Source: an uncultured Rickettsiales bacterium
Lineage (GTDB): Bacteria > Myxococcota_A > UBA796 > UBA9615
DNA length: 36,780 bases
NCBI GenBank assembly: GCA_964512375.1
Contig: CAZEIY010000002.1
Coordinates: 1-36,780, forward strand
Reading direction: 5' to 3'
Part shown: positions 32,330-36,780 of the stretch, piece by piece
How the letters are laid out: every line of letters begins with the position of its first letter
Position numbering within the stretch: position 1 is the stretch's first letter
Notes under the pieces: generated by a model
What the model was told of the DNA's origin: nothing
Databases searched by the model: none
The model's input: only the letters and a program-made list of their open reading frames with translations
Made by a program: the position numbers and the translations under genes

Positions 32330-33851
32330 CGGTCATCTCGTAGTACCGCCCGCCACCTCCAGCGGTCGCATCTGCATCGGAGACGACGAGATTCCAGGTG
32401 CCTGCTGAGAGCTCCTGCGCAGGAAAGACCGCCTCTTCACCGCCGTCCCAGAGCAGCGCCCCCGGCACAGGACTGCCACAACTTCCGTCCGTGCAACAAG
32501 CCGGCAGAGTCGATGCTGCCGAATCGTCATCATCTCCAGCCGAATCGTCATCATCGCCAGCTGAATCGTCATCATCGCCCGCGACGGCTGGGCACTCTGC
32601 AGCTACAGCGGCGGGATTCACCAACCGCACCTGGACCTGAGTGGTCTCCCCATGATCTGTCCGCGCGAAGGTAACACTCAGGCGGTCTCCGTTCTGTGCG
32701 TTTACCGAGAAGAAGTCCTCGTCTCCCGCCGCACCGATTCGCCCCCAGAGGGTCGTAGAGTCAGTGCTTCCAGCTGCCGGGATCAGATCCAGGGCACCCG
32801 CGCTAGCGCTGCCATCATTTGGCTCCACTTCAGCTGGATAGCCATCAGCCGGGTCGTTCTTGGCTGCATGCAAGAAATACCAGTGATCGAAGCCACCCCC
32901 ACCCGCGGCGTCCTGCACCTCAAGATAGTAGGTGCCCGTCTCTAGCACCGGGATCCAGGCTCGATGTTCGAGCTCCCAGGTGAGGCCGTCGTAGCTACGA
33001 ATCGCCGTGCTCGCATCGGGCAGGTAGGCGGTCACCTGGGTAGTACCCTCAGAACCGCTACCGGGGAAGCCGTAGAGACGCAAGACCTCGCCCTGGACCA
33101 CATCCACTGCCAACCAGTCGACGTCACCAGATGGCTCCAAGCCGCCGCCAAGGTTGTAATTGGTCGCGTACTTACTCACCTCCCAGGGAGTGGCGTCGGT
33201 GGAGGTGTCGTTCGGCTCAGCCGCCAGCGTGGCAGCGGCGCTGCCGCCCAATCTGGCAAAGAAGACCTGATATTGGTGACCGCTGCCACCGGTAGGGGGA
33301 TCGGTGGGATCGTTGGCCCAACCTCGCTTGTCCTGTACCGAGAACCACGCTGTGCCGTTCAGGGGGACTCCCGAGTAGAAACGGGCATCCGGCGCGACAG
33401 AGTTAACCCGCTCGAAATCATCCCCAAAACCAATCTCTTCACCGGCGCTGTCGTAGTAGGTGATGAGGCAGTCGAGATTCTCCGTGTCCTCGGCACTGGC
33501 TGCGATATAGATCAAGTCCCCCTGGCTACCGTTGAAGCGAAACCAGTCCACGTCACCTGCAGGAGCAATGTAGAGCTCGGTTATGTCACCGTCTTCAACC
33601 AGCTGGGCCTCCTCCCGGGCGTTGTTCCGATCGCCCTCGACGCACAGGCCCTCCTCGCCACAGATCTCGAGACCGCTCTGAAACGAGCAATCTGTATCCA
33701 CCTCACAGGAATCACTCCCTGGCGGAGCAATTATGTCGTCGTCATCATCAACCAGATCGTCTGCAGGGGGGCAGCCCAAAGGAGCAAGAACCACCAACGC
33801 ACCAAGCAAGCAAACGAAAAATGACGAAGAGAAACGAGCGAGATGGGCCAT
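32310..33851 (-). CDS. Secreted acidic lipoprotein with three pre-peptidase-C-terminal (PPC)-like domains
   Basis: Signal/lipobox LVVLAPLGC. Cys-rich N-terminal module DSCEVDTDCSFQSGLEICGEEGLC. Three PPC-type signatures (GDVDWFRF; EPNDTSTDATPW...GDVDWLAV; EPNDGSASAGAL...GDEDFFSV). 3 x AGDDDDS repeat near the C-terminus. Confidence 0.7.
   Translation of the reverse strand: MAHLARFSSSFFVCLLGALVVLAPLGCPPADDLVDDDDDIIAPPGSDSCEVDTDCSFQSGLEICGEEGLCVEGDRNNAREEAQLVEDGDITELYIAPAGDVDWFRFNGSQGDLIYIAASAEDTENLDCLITYYDSAGEEIGFGDDFERVNSVAPDARFYSGVPLNGTAWFSVQDKRGWANDPTDPPTGGSGHQYQVFFARLGGSAAATLAAEPNDTSTDATPWEVSKYATNYNLGGGLEPSGDVDWLAVDVVQGEVLRLYGFPGSGSEGTTQVTAYLPDASTAIRSYDGLTWELEHRAWIPVLETGTYYLEVQDAAGGGGFDHWYFLHAAKNDPADGYPAEVEPNDGSASAGALDLIPAAGSTDSTTLWGRIGAAGDEDFFSVNAQNGDRLSVTFARTDHGETTQVQVRLVNPAAVAAECPAVAGDDDDSAGDDDDSAGDDDDSAASTLPACCTDGSCGSPVPGALLWDGGEEAVFPAQELSAGTWNLVVSDADATAGGGGRYYEMTVSQERP
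32521..32583 (-). repeat. In-frame 3 x 21-nt tandem repeat encoding (AGDDDDS)3
   Basis: gaatcgtcatcatctccagcc / gaatcgtcatcatcgccagct / gaatcgtcatcatcgcccgcg at 32521-32541, 32542-32562 and 32563-32583 (read directly). Confidence 0.9.
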
Positions 33852-33923
33852 CAGACAACTCCCTGAGCTTTGGTGCCCAGCATCTTAACCGGTTCGAAAC
33901 AAATGCCGTTCGAGTGGTGACAA

Positions 33924-35240
33924 TCAGAGCCGCCCCCGCTGCTTGAGATCGAGGTACTGCTCGACAAGCGCTTCTCCAATCCTCTGAGGCACCTTCGAGA
34001 CGATCTCAGCGCCCTCGGCACGCAAGCGTCCCACCAGGGCGTCTCGCTCCATGAGCATCTCGGTCGCAGCGGTGGCGGCAAACAGACCTCTCCCATCCAC
34101 AGGAACACTCTGTGCCAGCTCGCCAAGGGCAGGATCACTGAGCGCAACGACCAGACTCAGATGGCGCCGCCGCAAGCTGCGTAGCGCCATGACGAGCTCC
34201 TGACCCTGTTCGGCATCCACCAGATCCGTGATCCATACGAGCAGAGACCTTCGTCGATTATCCCGCACCAGCTGCCTGGCTGCCTCCCGATAGCGCGGGA
34301 AGGTGCGAGTGGCCTGTTGATCGAAGAGAAGGTCCAGAACCCGCCCAAACTGGGCATGTCCGGAGCGAGGCGGCAGGTAACTCCTCAGTCCCCGGTCAAA
34401 GACAGCAACTCCCACACGGTCGCCTCGTGACAGACCTACATGAGCAAGCATCAACGCGGCATTTACCGCGTAATCCATCTTTGTGAGCTCCCCAGCCCGC
34501 CCAGCCATGAGACGCGTCCCATCCACCAGAATCAGCAGAGTCTGAGAACGCTCGGTCTGAAAGAGCCTCGTGATTGGACGACGCAGACGTGCTGTTGCCT
34601 TCCAGTCGAGGTGGCGCACATCATCACCAGTGACGAAATCACGCAGTCGCTCGAAGTCGCCCTGATGGCCCAGGAGACGGGTCTGACGGGCGCCGCCGAG
34701 GCGGAGAAGGTCCCGACGCGCTCTCAGGTCGTAGCGACGGAGGTTGCGTAGATTGGGGTGGACCCTGGCTTCTCCACCTAGATCGAGACGACAGGACCGC
34801 TCTGCCAGACCGGCAGGTGACCTTAGCCAGAGGTGTAGCTCACGGAAGCGGTGAACTCCCCTCTCGGCCGGACTGACCTGATACGAGAGACGCTTCTGCT
34901 CGTGTGCGCCAACGACGGCACTCAAGACCTCATCGAGGGGACCCAACTGTACCGGGCAGCCGTCGGCTACTCGGATATGCAACGGAGTTCCACTGCGGTT
35001 CCGAACCTGCAGCACAATCTCTCCCCGCTCACCAACCGAGAGGGCGAGAGGCAACTCCCTACGGACCTCAACATCTTCAACCCGGACGCCGCGAAGACCC
35101 TGCCAGAGGAATATCCCCAGCATCGTCGCGGCCACGATGGTGACAACCAACGAACCTCCTGACCACGACGATGCCACCATCGCCACAGGCACCGATCCTG
35201 CAAGACAAAGCAGCAACAGGCGAGAGGGAAGGAAGGGCAC
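33924..35240 (-). CDS. DUF58 domain protein (vWA-like, MoxR-associated)
   Basis: N-terminal TM hairpin, then GDDVRHLDWKATARLRRPITRLFQTERSQTLLILVDGTRLM, the DUF58 signature. It lies immediately downstream of MoxR (15-nt gap). Confidence 0.88.
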   Translation of the reverse strand: MPFLPSRLLLLCLAGSVPVAMVASSWSGGSLVVTIVAATMLGIFLWQGLRGVRVEDVEVRRELPLALSVGERGEIVLQVRNRSGTPLHIRVADGCPVQLGPLDEVLSAVVGAHEQKRLSYQVSPAERGVHRFRELHLWLRSPAGLAERSCRLDLGGEARVHPNLRNLRRYDLRARRDLLRLGGARQTRLLGHQGDFERLRDFVTGDDVRHLDWKATARLRRPITRLFQTERSQTLLILVDGTRLMAGRAGELTKMDYAVNAALMLAHVGLSRGDRVGVAVFDRGLRSYLPPRSGHAQFGRVLDLLFDQQATRTFPRYREAARQLVRDNRRRSLLVWITDLVDAEQGQELVMALRSLRRRHLSLVVALSDPALGELAQSVPVDGRGLFAATAATEMLMERDALVGRLRAEGAEIVSKVPQRIGEALVEQYLDLKQRGRL

Positions 35241-35255
35241 GAATCCTCCGAATAC

Positions 35256-36245
35256 TCAGCGAGGCACTTCGATGCTACCTACCAACTCGGACAACACCTG
35301 TTCTGAGCTGAGCCCATCGACTTGGGCGTCGGCCTGCAAGATGAGGCGATGGGCGAGCACGTGGGAGGCGAGGCTCTTGATGTCATCGGGACTGACGAAA
35401 TCACGTCCCTCAATCGCGGCCCAGGCTCGTGCAGCCTGCAAGAGGTGCAGCCCAGCGCGGGTACTGGCACCCACGATGAGAGCGCGGGACGACCGGGTCG
35501 AGGCAAGAACCTGCTGTACGTAGCGTACGACCTGCTCATCGCAGTGGACCTTGGTGATGATGCGGGAGAGTCGATCCAGTAGTTCGGCGTCGAAGATCGG
35601 GCTCACCTGTTCATCAACTGCGTCGTGAGAGGAGTCGCTGTACGGATACCGCCGCAGGACCTCCACCTCGGCTTCAGCGTCCACGTGTCCGACATGAATC
35701 TTCATCATGAAGCGATCCAACTGGGCTTCAGGCAACGGATAGGTACCCTCAAATTCCAACGGATTCTGGGTAGCGAAGACGGTGAAGACCGGAGAAATCT
35801 CCCGAGAGGCGCCATCGAGAGTGACGCGCCGCTCCTCCATTGCCTCGAGCAGGGCAGCTTGTGTCTTTGGGGGAGTGCGATTGATCTCATCGGCCAGGAG
35901 CACATCCGTGAAGACCGGCCCTTCACGGACCACAAAATCCTGACTTCGGGGATCAAAGATGTGGGTGCCGATAATGTCCGAAGGCATCAGGTCTGGAGTG
36001 AACTGGATGCGCTTAAAGCGAGCGCTGACTGTGCGGGCGACACATCGTGCCAGAAGTGTCTTCGCTGTTCCCGGCGCCCCTTCGAGCAGTGCGTGTCCTC
36101 TAGCGAGCAGGGTCGCCAACATCAAGCGCACCACACGGTCCTGGCCGAAGACTACCGAGGAGATCCCATCTATGGCCCGGCCCGCCAGCTGTCCGCATTC
36201 TTGGATCTCGGCAGCTGCGGGGCCCCCTAGTATCTCGTCTGTCAT
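35256..36245 (-). CDS. MoxR-family AAA+ ATPase
   Basis: Walker A LLEGAPGTAKTLLARCVA, Walker B/sensor LLADEINRTPPKTQAALLEAMEERRVT, FATQNPLEFEGTYPLPEAQLDRF. 329 aa, typical MoxR size. Confidence 0.93.
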   Translation of the reverse strand: MTDEILGGPAAAEIQECGQLAGRAIDGISSVVFGQDRVVRLMLATLLARGHALLEGAPGTAKTLLARCVARTVSARFKRIQFTPDLMPSDIIGTHIFDPRSQDFVVREGPVFTDVLLADEINRTPPKTQAALLEAMEERRVTLDGASREISPVFTVFATQNPLEFEGTYPLPEAQLDRFMMKIHVGHVDAEAEVEVLRRYPYSDSSHDAVDEQVSPIFDAELLDRLSRIITKVHCDEQVVRYVQQVLASTRSSRALIVGASTRAGLHLLQAARAWAAIEGRDFVSPDDIKSLASHVLAHRLILQADAQVDGLSSEQVLSELVGSIEVPR

Positions 36246-36298
36246 GACCTGCTCCCTGGGCTAATGCCCCCTGTTACGCGCATCGCGCTGTGATGTTC

Positions 36299-36780
36299 TT
36301 ACCAGGTATCTGTCGCCATCCAGCGTCCCTGAAACTGCTGACTGTGACGTGCCCATCGCAGCACCTCATCGAGACCAGGGTTCTCCTGGGCGCTGAGTCG
36401 CACCAGCCCGTCCTGAAGACGGTTCAGTTCATCGATGGCCTCATCGCCAAGTTCCCGGGCCCACTCACTAGCTGCTGCGTCCGAAAGCTGAGCGCCTGAC
36501 CTCGACTCGACCCGCTCTACAAGCCTGGCGGAGAGCACCTCAAAAGCATGCCCAGCAAGACCAGCGCGCTCGTATAGGCTGCCGACCGCATGCACCATCT
36601 CGGCGCTGGCCAGCGCACTGCGACGGTCTCGAGCGGGCAGTACGCTCCCGAGACGGCTTCCTGCCCTCCACAAGTAGAAGACGACAAGCATCAGGGCCAG
36701 CAACAATGCGGGTAGAAAGTCAGAGCGACGGGCGTAGGCAACGATGCCTCGATCAGCGCGTGCCCCCGCATGGAGATCAT
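36299..36780 (-). CDS. DUF4350-like protein, C-terminal part (5' end beyond window)
   Basis: The ORF-track entry 36299..36706 starts at a TTG, but my translation shows the frame stays open to the window end (...DLHAGARADRGIVAYARRSDFLPALLLALMLVVFYLWRAGSRLGSVLPARDRRSALASAEMVHAVGSLYERAG...). A TM segment followed by R-x-G..lP....s.aE.v...g.LYeRa is the C-terminal pattern I associate with DUF4350 proteins found upstream of MoxR/DUF58. Confidence 0.55.
   Translation of the reverse strand, partial: DLHAGARADRGIVAYARRSDFLPALLLALMLVVFYLWRAGSRLGSVLPARDRRSALASAEMVHAVGSLYERAGLAGHAFEVLSARLVERVESRSGAQLSDAAASEWARELGDEAIDELNRLQDGLVRLSAQENPGLDEVLRWARHSQQFQGRWMATDTW

Noticed and set aside
33852-33923. tRNA-like GGTTCGAAA element in the 72-nt DUF58 / PPC-lipoprotein spacer
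   Set aside because: No complementary T-stem follows the loop, no acceptor-stem pairing exists between the ends, and there is no anticodon arm. It is just the intergenic spacer.

Overview
High-GC, densely coding bacterial chromosome segment. I recognised no rRNA, tRNA, CRISPR array or IS element. The Cys/Asp-rich lipoproteins and a MYXO-CTERM-like sorting signal suggest a Myxococcota/Bradymonadia-like lineage, but that is inference only.

Gene order, left to right:
(1) A minus-strand block with yicC (partial) and five glycosyltransferases (three GT1/GT4-like, two GT9 heptosyltransferase-like). They are chained by 4-nt stop/start overlaps.
(2) The minus-strand housekeeping run rbfA-truB-rpsO-pnp-dut-ffh.
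(3) A lipoprotein gene divergent from a fused moaD-moaE gene, followed by trmB.
(4) A minus-strand envelope operon: a large secreted CarboxypepD_reg-repeat protein, a nucleotide-sugar dehydrogenase and a UPF0104 membrane protein. Next to it is an acidic Cys-rich lipoprotein.
(5) The most interesting locus (about 22.1-29.6 kb, + strand). It is a quinohemoprotein-amine-dehydrogenase-type (qhp) maturation operon: radical-SAM/SPASM QhpD, a 98-aa QhpC-like cross-linked peptide subunit, beta-propeller QhpB, ABC exporter QhpF and small subtilisin QhpE. It has no dihaem QhpA and no flavin monooxygenase QhpG. Instead, a UbiU/UbiV-like pair of peptidase-U32-family proteins sits between qhpB and qhpF. 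I propose this pair is an O2-independent route to the cysteine tryptophylquinone cofactor.
(6) An RDD / SpoIIM-like / PPC-lipoprotein / DUF58 / MoxR / DUF4350 module at the right end.

All family assignments come from motif recognition by eye. No database search was run.
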